Source of the DNA: Thermoleophilaceae bacterium
Lineage (GTDB): Bacteria > Actinomycetota > Thermoleophilia > Solirubrobacterales > Thermoleophilaceae
Length of the DNA stretch: 64,000 nucleotides
Reading direction: 5' to 3'
Assembly (NCBI GenBank): GCA_019683805.1
Contig: JADGHQ010000005.1
Coordinates: 6,909 to 70,908 of the forward strand
Part shown: positions 22,969 to 31,770 of the stretch, one piece after another
Position numbering within the stretch: the stretch's first letter is position 1
Layout of the letters: every line of letters starts with the position of its first letter
Notes under the pieces: model-generated
Told to the model about the DNA's origin: nothing
What the model saw: the letters and a program-made list of their open reading frames with translations, nothing else
The model's database searches: none
Position numbers and translations under genes: made by a program

Positions 22969-23963
22969 TCCTCGGCATCGAGACGAGCTGCGACGACACC
23001 TGCGCGGCGGTGGTCACCCGCGCGGGCGAGATCCGCTCGAACGTCGTCGCCTCGCAGGGCCTGCTGCACGAGCGCTACGGCGGCGTCGTGCCCGAGATCG
23101 CCTCGCGGCGCCACCTCGAGCTGATCGACGCGGTGATCGCCGACGCCCTCGAGCGCGCCGGCGCCTCGCTCGACGACGTGCGGGAGGTGGCCGTCACCCG
23201 CGGGCCCGGGCTGATCGGCGCGCTGCTCGTGGGGCTCTCGGCGGCGAAGGCGCTGGCGGCGGCGCGCGGCCTGCCGCTGACCCCCGTCGACCACCTCCAC
23301 GGCCACGTGGTGGCGAGCACGCTCGGGCCCGACCCGATCGAGCCGCCCTACCTGTGCCTCGTCGCGAGCGGCGGCCACACGTTCATCGCGCGCGTCGACG
23401 ACCTGCGCGCCCACCGCCGGCTCGGCGGCACCCTGGACGACGCCGCGGGGGAGGCGTTCGACAAGGGCGCGCGGATCCTCGGCCTCGGCTACCCCGGGGG
23501 GCCGGCGATCGACCGGCTGGCGCGCGCGGGCGACCCCGAGGCGTTCCCCTTCCCGCGCGCGGCGCCCGGCGAGCTCGACTTCAGCTTCAGCGGCGTGAAG
23601 ACCGCCCTGCTCTACGCCGTGCGCGACCTCGGCGAGCGCGAGGCGGAGCGCCGCAAGGCCGACCTCGCCGCCTCGTACCAGTCGGCGATCGTCGAGGCGC
23701 TCGTGGCGCGGACCCGCACGGCGGTCGAGCGCGAGGGGATCGAGCGGCTCGCGATCGGCGGCGGCGTGGCGGCCAACTCGCTGTTGCGCGAGCGGATAGC
23801 GCAGGCGGCCGGCGAGCTGGGCCTGCGCCTGTGGGTGCCGGACTTCTCGCTCTGCACCGACAACGCGGCGATGATCGCGGGCGCCGCGCGCTTCGGCGAG
23901 CCGATCGCCCACCCCGGCTACCTGGCGCTCGACGCCGCCGCGCGTCTCGAGGCGGCGGCATGA
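22965..23963 (+). CDS. tsaD: tRNA N6-adenosine threonylcarbamoyltransferase TsaD
   Basis: The GTG start overlaps the rimI stop. It carries ILGIETSCDDT, H..GH and GGVAAN motifs. Confidence 0.93.
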   Translation: MILGIETSCDDTCAAVVTRAGEIRSNVVASQGLLHERYGGVVPEIASRRHLELIDAVIADALERAGASLDDVREVAVTRGPGLIGALLVGLSAAKALAAARGLPLTPVDHLHGHVVASTLGPDPIEPPYLCLVASGGHTFIARVDDLRAHRRLGGTLDDAAGEAFDKGARILGLGYPGGPAIDRLARAGDPEAFPFPRAAPGELDFSFSGVKTALLYAVRDLGEREAERRKADLAASYQSAIVEALVARTRTAVEREGIERLAIGGGVAANSLLRERIAQAAGELGLRLWVPDFSLCTDNAAMIAGAARFGEPIAHPGYLALDAAARLEAAA

Positions 23964-24205
23964 CGAGGGTCACGCTCTACGGCAAGCCGGGCTGCCACCT
24001 CTGCGACGACGCCCGGGCCGTCGTGGCGGAGGTGCGGCGGGGCCGGCACTTCGAGCTCGAGGAGGTGGACATCACGCTCGACCCCGCGCTCGAGCGCCGC
24101 TATCGCGAGCGCATACCGGTGATCGCGATCGACGGCGAGGAGGCGTTCGAGCTCTTCGTCGACGCCGCTTCGCTCGCAGAGCGCCTCGATAGAGTGGAGA
24201 CGTGA
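23960..24205 (+). CDS. Glutaredoxin-like small thioredoxin-fold protein (DUF836/YruB-like)
   Basis: 81 aa. The ATG start overlaps the tsaD stop. The active site is LYGKPGCHLCD. Confidence 0.75.
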   Translation: MTRVTLYGKPGCHLCDDARAVVAEVRRGRHFELEEVDITLDPALERRYRERIPVIAIDGEEAFELFVDAASLAERLDRVET

Positions 24206-24879
24206 CCTACGACCTCTACGACGGCAGCACGGAAGTGGCCGAGCGAAGCGGCGAGCGGCTCTCCCTCGGGGTTGCCGCTCGGCTCTCGCGTTACCTCCAG
24301 GTGCTCACGCAGGCCAAGAAGATGGGGAAGGAGACGATCTCCTCCCAGGAGCTGGCCGACTACACGCACGTCAACTCGACCCAGATCCGCCGCGACCTCT
24401 CCGGCTTCGGCAAGTTCGGCAAGCGCGGCGTCGGCTACAACGTCGACTCGCTCGTCTCCCAGATCCGCAAGATCCTGCGGACCTCCGGCCAGCACAACAT
24501 CGCGCTCATCGGCGCCGGCCACCTCGGGCAGGCGATCGCGAGCTCGGACATCTTCGCCGACCACGGCTTCCGCGTGGTCGCGATCTTCGACAACTCCCCG
24601 AAGAAGATCGGGCTCCAGGTGGGCGCGGGCAAGAACGCCCTCACCGTCCGCCCGCCCGAGGAGCTTCCCAAGGTCGTGGAGGACGAGGACATCGTGGTGG
24701 GCGTGATCGCCGTGCCCACCCATTCCGCCCAGGCGGTCGCGGACGACCTCGTCGCGGCCGGCGTGAAGATCATCTTCAACTACTCGGAGGCGTTGCTGCA
24801 GGTGCCGCCCGACGTGACGGTGCACACCTCGAGCCCGGCCGTCGACCTGCTCTACGCGCTCTACTTCTACCTGACCTGA
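24202..24879 (+). CDS. rex: Redox-sensing transcriptional repressor Rex
   Basis: It has a winged-helix N-terminus (RLSRYLQVL...ISSQELA...VNSTQIRRDLS.FG.FG.RGVGY) and the Rossmann motif GAGHLG. Confidence 0.92.
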   Translation: MTYDLYDGSTEVAERSGERLSLGVAARLSRYLQVLTQAKKMGKETISSQELADYTHVNSTQIRRDLSGFGKFGKRGVGYNVDSLVSQIRKILRTSGQHNIALIGAGHLGQAIASSDIFADHGFRVVAIFDNSPKKIGLQVGAGKNALTVRPPEELPKVVEDEDIVVGVIAVPTHSAQAVADDLVAAGVKIIFNYSEALLQVPPDVTVHTSSPAVDLLYALYFYLT

Positions 24880-24904
24880 CCGACCCAGGCGCCCGCGGAG
24901 CGAC

Positions 24905-26050
24905 GTGGACCCGGCATCGCCAACGGAGGTCTTCGAGTCCTCGGAGGACTTCACCGTGGGCATCGAGGAGGAGTTCGCGATCCTCGACCCCGAGACGCGC
25001 GACCTCGCGCAGCGCTTCGAGGAGCTGAGCGCGGCGGCGCAGGGCGACGAGGTGCTGGCCGAGTCGGTCGCCGGCGAGCTGATCTCGTCCGAGATCGAGA
25101 TCCGCTCCGGTCGGGGGCAGAGCTTCGCTGAGGCCTCCACGCTCCAGCAGGAGGCCCGCCGGCGGCTGTTCCGCCTCGCGGCCGAGCGGGGCGTGCTGCT
25201 TGCCGCGACCGGCGCCCATCCCTGGGCCGACTACCGGCGCCAGCGCATCATCGACACCGACCACTACCGCCGGGTCGAGCAGGGCCTGCGATACGTCGCC
25301 TGGCGCAACAACACCTTCAGCCTCCACGTCCACGTGGGCATCCGCGGCGCCGCGCGCGCCGTCGCGGTGTGCGACCGCCTGCGGCCCGTGCTCCCCGAGC
25401 TGCTCGCCCTGTCCGCGAACTCGATCTTCCTCGAGGGGCGCGACTCGGGGCTCCACTCGGTCCGCAGCCAGATCTTCACGAAGAGCTTCCCGCGCTGCGG
25501 CATCCCGGACCACTTCGGCAGCCTCGACGCCTACTCGCGCTACGTCGACACGCTCTACCGCCTCGGCTCGATCGTCGAGGACACGCAGCTCTGGTGGAGC
25601 GTGCGCCCGCACCGCGCGTTCGGCACGGTCGAGGTGCGGATCTGCGACGCGCAGTCCACCGCCGAGGAGGCCACGGCGCTCGAGGCGCTGATCGCGGCGT
25701 GCGTGGCCCAGGCGGCGCTCGACGAGGACGAGGGCGTTCCCTACGAGCCGCAGCCGAACCGCATGATCGAGGAGAACTTCTGGCGCGCGATCCGCTACGG
25801 CCTCGACGGCAAGCTGATCGACCTCGAGCGCCTCGAGGAGTTCCCGGCCGCGGCGGTGGCCGACCGGCTGCTCGCCTGGACCGAGCCGGCGCGCTCCGCG
25901 CTCGGCCTCGACCCGGCGATCGGACCGCTCAACGGGGCGCAGCGCCAGCGCCGCGCGCTCGAGGCGGGCGCGAGCATCGAGGAGGTCTACGCGGCCGAGG
26001 TGGACGCGACCCAGCGAACCTACGCGGCAACGGAGGGGGTGAGGACGTGA
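24905..26050 (+). CDS. Carboxylate-amine ligase, glutamate--cysteine ligase family 2 (YbdK-like)
   Basis: 381 aa with the GCS2 signature blocks FTVGIEEEF, HVHVG and WW.VRP....T.E.R..D. Confidence 0.85.
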   Translation: MDPASPTEVFESSEDFTVGIEEEFAILDPETRDLAQRFEELSAAAQGDEVLAESVAGELISSEIEIRSGRGQSFAEASTLQQEARRRLFRLAAERGVLLAATGAHPWADYRRQRIIDTDHYRRVEQGLRYVAWRNNTFSLHVHVGIRGAARAVAVCDRLRPVLPELLALSANSIFLEGRDSGLHSVRSQIFTKSFPRCGIPDHFGSLDAYSRYVDTLYRLGSIVEDTQLWWSVRPHRAFGTVEVRICDAQSTAEEATALEALIAACVAQAALDEDEGVPYEPQPNRMIEENFWRAIRYGLDGKLIDLERLEEFPAAAVADRLLAWTEPARSALGLDPAIGPLNGAQRQRRALEAGASIEEVYAAEVDATQRTYAATEGVRT

Positions 26051-26484
26051 CGCAGGAAGGCGGCTCGCAGCAGCGGCAGCCGAGCGAGGAGGAGATGCGG
26101 CGCGCGCTCGAGGAGCAGATGCGCCGCGTCACGGTGCGCGACGTGGTGCTCCAGACCGTCGTGACGCTCGTGAGCCTCAGCGCGCGGCGGCTCGGCCTCC
26201 AGGACGCGCCGCCCGAGGAGCGCGACCTCGAGCAGGCGCGGCTCGGCATCGAGTCCGTGCGCGCGCTGCTGCCGCTCGTCGAGGGCGACGACACGGCGCC
26301 CGTGCGCGATGCGCTCTCGCAGCTCCAGCTCGCCTACGCGCGCGAGGTGCGCGCGGGCGGCGAGGCGGCGCAGCAGCCGCGGCGGAGCGGGGAGCAGGCG
26401 CAGCAGGCCCCCGAGCGGCCCGCCGAGCAGGACGCGGAGCGCGCGAAGGCGCGCGCGAAGATCTGGACCCCGCCGGGCGTTTGA
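26047..26484 (+). CDS. DUF1844-like small acidic protein
   Basis: The GTG start overlaps the GCS2 stop. The core ...LVSLSARRLGL...DLEQARLGIESVRALLPL...LSQLQLAYA resembles DUF1844. Confidence 0.5.
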   Translation: MTQEGGSQQRQPSEEEMRRALEEQMRRVTVRDVVLQTVVTLVSLSARRLGLQDAPPEERDLEQARLGIESVRALLPLVEGDDTAPVRDALSQLQLAYAREVRAGGEAAQQPRRSGEQAQQAPERPAEQDAERAKARAKIWTPPGV

Positions 26485-27290
26485 GCGGCGAGCGGCAGGC
26501 GGAGATCGGCGTCTTCGGCGGGTCCGGGTTCTACGAGCTCCTGGACGACGCCGGGGAGGTCACGCCGGAGACGCCCTACGGGCCGCCTTCGGCCGCGATC
26601 CGGATCGGCGAGATCGCCGGCAGGCGGGTGGCGTTCATGCCCCGCCACGGCGACCGCCACGAGCTGCCGCCGCACCGCATCAACTACCGGGCGAACGTCT
26701 GGGCGATGCGGGAGGTGGGGGTGCGGCGGATCGTCGGCCCCAGCGCCTGCGGCTCGCTCAAGCCGGAGCTGCGGCCGGGCACGTTCGTCGTGGTCGACCA
26801 GTTCGTCGACCGCACGAGTGGCCGCGCGGACACCTACTACGACGGCCCGCGCACCGTCCACGTCTCGGCGGCCGACCCCTACTGCCCAGACCTGCGGCGG
26901 GTGCTCGTCGAGTGCGCGGGCGAGCTCGACATCCCCGTGGTCGACGGCGGCACGGTCGTCGTCATCCAGGGACCGCGCTTCTCGACGCGCGCGGAGTCGC
27001 GCTGGTTCGCCGCGGCGGGATGGGACGTCGTGAACATGACGCAGTACCCGGAGGCGTGGCTCGCGCGCGAGCTCGGGCTCTGCTACGCGAGCGTCTCGAT
27101 CGTCACCGACTACGACGTCGGGCTCGAGGGATTCCCGGATGTGGAGCCCGTCTCGGCCGATGCGGCGTTCCGTGTGTTCGCCGAGAACCTCGGTAGACTG
27201 CGCGCTCTCTTGTTCCAGGCGGTGCCCAAGATCGGGCCTCAGCCGGACGACATCTGCGCGACGGCGCTTGAGAGCGCGATCGCTCGCTGA
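26481..27290 (+). CDS. mtnP: S-methyl-5'-thioadenosine phosphorylase
   Basis: 269 aa with FMPRHG..H..PPH.INYRAN and EGPRFST.AES...R..G.D.V.MT blocks. Confidence 0.9.
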   Translation: MSGERQAEIGVFGGSGFYELLDDAGEVTPETPYGPPSAAIRIGEIAGRRVAFMPRHGDRHELPPHRINYRANVWAMREVGVRRIVGPSACGSLKPELRPGTFVVVDQFVDRTSGRADTYYDGPRTVHVSAADPYCPDLRRVLVECAGELDIPVVDGGTVVVIQGPRFSTRAESRWFAAAGWDVVNMTQYPEAWLARELGLCYASVSIVTDYDVGLEGFPDVEPVSADAAFRVFAENLGRLRALLFQAVPKIGPQPDDICATALESAIAR

Positions 27291-27368
27291 CGAGCGGCCG
27301 GAGCGCGCGCTTCGGTCCGCGACAGGCACGCACGGGGCCCAGGGCATCCAAAAGCGGAGGATCACTCT

Positions 27369-29438
27369 TTGAGTTCAGTTGATTGGGGAATCATCGGCGC
27401 GCTGGGCTGCGCCGGCGCGGCCGTCGTATACGGTCTGACAACGTCGCGCTGGCTGCTCGCCATGTCGCCCGGCACCGAGGTGATGGCGAGCATCTCCAGG
27501 GCGGTGCAGGAGGGCGCCTCGGCGTACCTCAGGCGCCAGTACACGATCATCGCCGGCGTGGCGGTGGTGATCGCGGTCGTCCTCGCGATCGCGCTCGACG
27601 TGCGCACGGCGATCGGCTTCGTCATCGGCGGCGCCCTCTCGGGCGCGGCCGGCTTCATCGGGATGAACGTCTCGGTGCGGGCGAACGCGCGCGTGGCCGA
27701 GCAGGCGCGCAAGGGCGTCGCGCCGGCGCTCAAGGTGGCCTTCCGCGGCGGCGCGGTCACCGGCCTGCTCGTGGCCGGTCTCGCGCTGCTCGGCGTGGCC
27801 GGCTACTACGGCATCCTGCTGCTCGCCGACGAGAGCGACAAGACCGCGGTCGACGCGCTCGTCGGGCTCGGCTTCGGCGGCTCGCTGATCTCCGTCTTCG
27901 CGCGACTCGGCGGCGGCATCTTCACCAAGGCCGCCGACGTCGGCGCCGACCTGGTGGGCAAGATCGAGGCGGGCATCCCGGAGGACGACCCGCGCAACCC
28001 CGCGGTGATCGCCGACAACGTGGGCGACAACGTCGGCGACTGCGCCGGCATGGCGGCCGACCTCTTCGAGACCTACGCGGTCACGGCGGTCGCCGTGATG
28101 CTGCTCGGCGTGCTCACCTTCGACGACCAGCGCGCCGTCGCCGTCTTCCCGCTCGTGGTCGGCGGCGTCTCGCTGCTCGCGTCGATCGTCGGCACGTTCT
28201 TCGTGCGCAGCGAGAGCGGCAAGGTCGAGCAGGCGCTCTACCGCGGCCTGATCGTCTCCGGGGTGATCGCCGCGGCCGCGTTCATCCCGCTCACGCAGTG
28301 GCTGATGGACGACCTGTCGCTGAAGTCCGGCGCGCCGAGCATCCTTCACGGCGCGGCGGGCGCCGGCCCGTGGGACTTCTGGCTGTGCACGCTCATCGGC
28401 ATCGCCGTGACGGCCGGCCTGTTCGTCATCACCGACTACTACACCTCGACCCGCTTCCGCCCGGTGCGCACCACCGCGCGGGCCTCGCAGACGGGTCACG
28501 CGACGAACATCATCCAGGGCCTCGCCCAGGGCTTCCAGGCGACGGCGGCGCCCGCGATCCTGATCGCGCTCGGCATCCTGGGCGCGAACGAGCTCGCCGG
28601 CATCTACGGCGTCGGCGTGGCCGTGATGGCCCAGCTCTCGCTCACCGGCCTGATCGTGGCGCTCGACGCGTTCGGCCCGATCACCGACAACGCCGGAGGC
28701 ATCGCCGAGATGGCGGACCTGCCGGACGACGTCCGCAACGTCACCGACCCGCTGGACGCGGTCGGCAACACCACGAAGGCCGTCACCAAGGGCTACGCGA
28801 TCGGCTCGGCGGTGCTCGCTGCGCTCGTGCTGTTCGCGGCGTTCATCATCGAGCTCCAGGACGAGGCGGGCGGCAAGATGCTGAAGTCCTTCGACATCTC
28901 GCAGCCGGAGGTCCTCATCGGCCTGCTGATCGGCGGCATGATGGTCTACCTCTTCTCGGCCCTCGCGATCGAGGCCGTCGGCCGGGCCGGCGGCGGCGTG
29001 GTCGAGGAGGTGCGCCGCCAGTTCCGCGAGAAGCCCGGGATCATGGAGGGCACGGAGAAGCCCGACTACGCGCGCGCGGTGTCGATCGTCACCGCGGCGG
29101 CGCAGCGGGAGATGATCGTCCCGGCGCTGATCCCGATCCTGATCCCGCTGGTCGTCGGCCTGCTGTCGTACCAGGCGCTCGGCGGCCTGCTGATCGGCGT
29201 GATCGTCGTCGGCTTCTTCTCGGCCGTCTCGATGACCTCGGGCGGCGGCGCCTGGGACAACGCGAAGAAGCTGATCGAGGACGGCGAGTTCGGCGGCAAG
29301 GGCTCGGAGGCCCACGCCGCGTCGGTCACGGGCGATACGGTGGGCGATCCCTACAAGGACACCGCCGGCCCCGCGATCAACCCGATGATCAAGGTCGCCA
29401 ACATCGTCGCGATCCTGATCATCCCGTTCCTCGTGTAA
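27369..29438 (+). CDS. hppA: Membrane-bound proton/sodium-translocating inorganic pyrophosphatase
   Basis: 689 aa and polytopic. It carries the signature [39 protein letters not shown] and a C-terminal DTVGDP.KDT.GP. Confidence 0.95.
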   Translation: MSSVDWGIIGALGCAGAAVVYGLTTSRWLLAMSPGTEVMASISRAVQEGASAYLRRQYTIIAGVAVVIAVVLAIALDVRTAIGFVIGGALSGAAGFIGMNVSVRANARVAEQARKGVAPALKVAFRGGAVTGLLVAGLALLGVAGYYGILLLADESDKTAVDALVGLGFGGSLISVFARLGGGIFTKAADVGADLVGKIEAGIPEDDPRNPAVIADNVGDNVGDCAGMAADLFETYAVTAVAVMLLGVLTFDDQRAVAVFPLVVGGVSLLASIVGTFFVRSESGKVEQALYRGLIVSGVIAAAAFIPLTQWLMDDLSLKSGAPSILHGAAGAGPWDFWLCTLIGIAVTAGLFVITDYYTSTRFRPVRTTARASQTGHATNIIQGLAQGFQATAAPAILIALGILGANELAGIYGVGVAVMAQLSLTGLIVALDAFGPITDNAGGIAEMADLPDDVRNVTDPLDAVGNTTKAVTKGYAIGSAVLAALVLFAAFIIELQDEAGGKMLKSFDISQPEVLIGLLIGGMMVYLFSALAIEAVGRAGGGVVEEVRRQFREKPGIMEGTEKPDYARAVSIVTAAAQREMIVPALIPILIPLVVGLLSYQALGGLLIGVIVVGFFSAVSMTSGGGAWDNAKKLIEDGEFGGKGSEAHAASVTGDTVGDPYKDTAGPAINPMIKVANIVAILIIPFLV

Positions 29439-29568
29439 CCGTCGGTGGCTGCGAACCTTCGCATTGCGGCGTCCTCGGGTCTCGTCGTATTGGCATACGG
29501 CTTCGACCCTGCCTCCTTGCACTGCGCGGTGCTCGCTCACCGAACGGTCACACGACCGCTGTAGTGAT

Positions 29569-29602
29569 CCCGGGCCCGGGGTGGAGTGACCCCGGGCCCG
29601 GG
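29569..29602 (+). terminator. 13-bp GC stem-loop formed by two copies of the palindrome CCCGGGCCCGGG(G)
   Basis: CCCGGGCCCGGGG (29569-29581) pairs with CCCCGGGCCCGGG (29590-29602) across an 8-nt loop. GUUCU follows. The element lies downstream of hppA. Confidence 0.45.
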
Positions 29603-29672
29603 GTTCTCGGCCTGCCCGGTCCCGGAGTCGTGCGGCCCCGCCTCGGGCATCTGTAGCTTTCCGCGGGCGTAG

Positions 29673-31559
29673 ATGGCCGAGCGAAGACCCAAGCACCAGA
29701 GCCTCGAGCGCGTCCTGGGCACGGGCGCGCTCTTCAGCACCGCCTACGGCAACGTCGGCAGCTCGATCTACTACGCCCTCGGCCTGGTAGCCGCCTACGC
29801 GCTCGGCATGACGCCGGTCGTGTTCATCGTCTCCGGCCTGATCTTCGCGGCCACCGCGGCCACCTACGCCGAGGCGACGGCGATGTACCCGGAGGCGGGC
29901 GGCTCCTCGTCGTTCGCTCGGCACGCGTTCAACGAGTTCTGGTCGTTCGTCGCGGCCTGGGGCCAGATGCTCAACTATGTGGTCACGGTCGCGATCTCGG
30001 CCTTCTTCGTGCCGCACTACCTGGGCGTCTTCTGGGAGCCGCTGCGGCACAGCCCGGGCGACATCTTCTTCGGGATCGGCGTGGTCGTCGTCCTCGGCGC
30101 GATCAACGTCGTCGGGGTCAAGGAGGCGGCCGGCCTCAACGTCTTCCTGGCGGTCGCCGACTTCGCCACGCAGCTGCTGCTCGTGGTGGTCGGCTTCTTC
30201 CTGGTGTTCTCGCCCGAGACGCTGGTCGACAACGTCGACTTCGGCCGCTACCCGACCGTCAGCAACTTCCTGATCGCAATCCCGATCGGCATGGTCGCCT
30301 ACACCGGCATCGAGACGATCTCGAACATGGCCGAGGAGGCTCGCGACTACGGCCGCACGATCCCGCGCTCGATCGGCTTCGTCGTCGCCGCCGTCGTCGC
30401 GATCTACGCCTTCCTGCCGTCGATCGCGCTCTCGGCCATGCCGGTGAGGAACGGCACCACGATCCTCGCGGTCAGCGAGGAGAAGGGCGGCTTCGCCGGC
30501 GACCCGATCCTCGGCGTCGTGAAGAACATGGATCTCGGCTTCCTCCAGGACGCGGCCGAGATCTACGTCGGCATCCTGGCCGCGACGATCCTCTTCATCG
30601 CGACGAACGCGGGCCTGATCGGCGTGTCGCGGCTCACCTACTCGATGGGGCAGTACCGCCAGCTTCCGGAGCAGCTGCGGCGACTGCACCCGCGCTTCCG
30701 CACCCCCTACATCGCGATCTTGCTGTTCGGCGGGGTCGCGTGCCTGACGATGATCCCGGGGAAGGCGACCTTCCTCGGCCAGATCTACGCGTTCGGCGCG
30801 ATGCTCTCCTTCACGATCGCGCACGTGGCGGTGATCGGGCTGCGGCTCACGCAGCCGGACAGGGAGCGGCCCTACCGGGGGCCGGGGCAGATCAGGATCG
30901 CGGGGCGGGACCTCCCGCTGTTCGCGGTGCTCGGCGGCCTCGGCACCCTGCTCGCATGGGTGGTCGTGACCGTCCTCAACCTGGGCACCCTGATCGCGGG
31001 CGCGGTCTGGCTCTCGATCGGCGTCACCACCTACGTGGTCTACCGCCGTCGCCAGGGGCTCGGCCTCACGCAGACCGCCAAGATCGTCGTGCCGAAGCCG
31101 GTCGTGGAGCACGAGGTCGAGTACGAGTCGATCCTCGTCGCCTTCGAGGACGACGCCTACTCGCCCGACGCGGTGGTCACCGCGGTCAAGCTCGCCGCGC
31201 GGCGGCGGCGCGGCATCCACGTGCTCGTGCTCATCACCGTCCCCAACACCTCGCCGATCGACGCGTCGCTGCCGGAGCAGGAGGCGAGCGCGCAGGCCAC
31301 GATCGACTCGGCGCACGTGATCGGCGGCCGTCGCGTGACCGGCCACTGGGAGAAGGTCCGCCCGGGCGAGGCCGGCAGGCGGATCGTCGACGAGGCCCGC
31401 GAGATCCGCGCGCGGGCGATCGTCATGACCGCCCCGCGCCACCGCGCCGGGGCGACCACGCTCGGCCGCACGCTCGAGACGGTGCTGGCGGAGCGCCCGT
31501 GCAGGGTGATCATCGAGTCGGCCGAGGCGGGTCCCGAGCGCCGTCGCGCCGCGGCCTAA
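29673..31559 (+). CDS. APC-superfamily amino acid/cation permease fused to a C-terminal universal stress protein (USP) domain
   Basis: 628 aa. About 12 TM segments carry APC N-terminal blocks (GALFSTAYGNVGSSIYYALG...EAGGSSSFA). The C-terminal roughly 140 aa is USP-like (ILVAF...IVDEAREIRARAIVM). Confidence 0.8.
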   Translation: MAERRPKHQSLERVLGTGALFSTAYGNVGSSIYYALGLVAAYALGMTPVVFIVSGLIFAATAATYAEATAMYPEAGGSSSFARHAFNEFWSFVAAWGQMLNYVVTVAISAFFVPHYLGVFWEPLRHSPGDIFFGIGVVVVLGAINVVGVKEAAGLNVFLAVADFATQLLLVVVGFFLVFSPETLVDNVDFGRYPTVSNFLIAIPIGMVAYTGIETISNMAEEARDYGRTIPRSIGFVVAAVVAIYAFLPSIALSAMPVRNGTTILAVSEEKGGFAGDPILGVVKNMDLGFLQDAAEIYVGILAATILFIATNAGLIGVSRLTYSMGQYRQLPEQLRRLHPRFRTPYIAILLFGGVACLTMIPGKATFLGQIYAFGAMLSFTIAHVAVIGLRLTQPDRERPYRGPGQIRIAGRDLPLFAVLGGLGTLLAWVVVTVLNLGTLIAGAVWLSIGVTTYVVYRRRQGLGLTQTAKIVVPKPVVEHEVEYESILVAFEDDAYSPDAVVTAVKLAARRRRGIHVLVLITVPNTSPIDASLPEQEASAQATIDSAHVIGGRRVTGHWEKVRPGEAGRRIVDEAREIRARAIVMTAPRHRAGATTLGRTLETVLAERPCRVIIESAEAGPERRRAAA

Positions 31560-31569
31560 CATCCCGCGC

Positions 31570-31770
31570 GTGCAGCGTGCCTACCTCAACGGCGTCCGTG
31601 TGCTCAGCGTCCTGCTGTGCGCGCTCGGCGTCGCGCTGGTGGTCGTGACGCTCGCGAACGGCGGCGGGGCCGCCGCCAGGGGGGTCGTGCTGGGGGCGCT
31701 TCTGGCGGCGCTCGGCGTCGGGCGGCTGTGGCTCTCGAGGCATCGGGACGGCGGACGGACGGGCAGGTGA
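31570..31770 (+). CDS. Hypothetical 2-TM microprotein (66 aa)
   Basis: GTG start. It has two hydrophobic helices (VLSVLLCALGVALVVV and VVLGALLAALGV). Its stop overlaps the start of the next permease (GTGA). Confidence 0.4.
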   Translation: MQRAYLNGVRVLSVLLCALGVALVVVTLANGGGAAARGVVLGALLAALGVGRLWLSRHRDGGRTGR

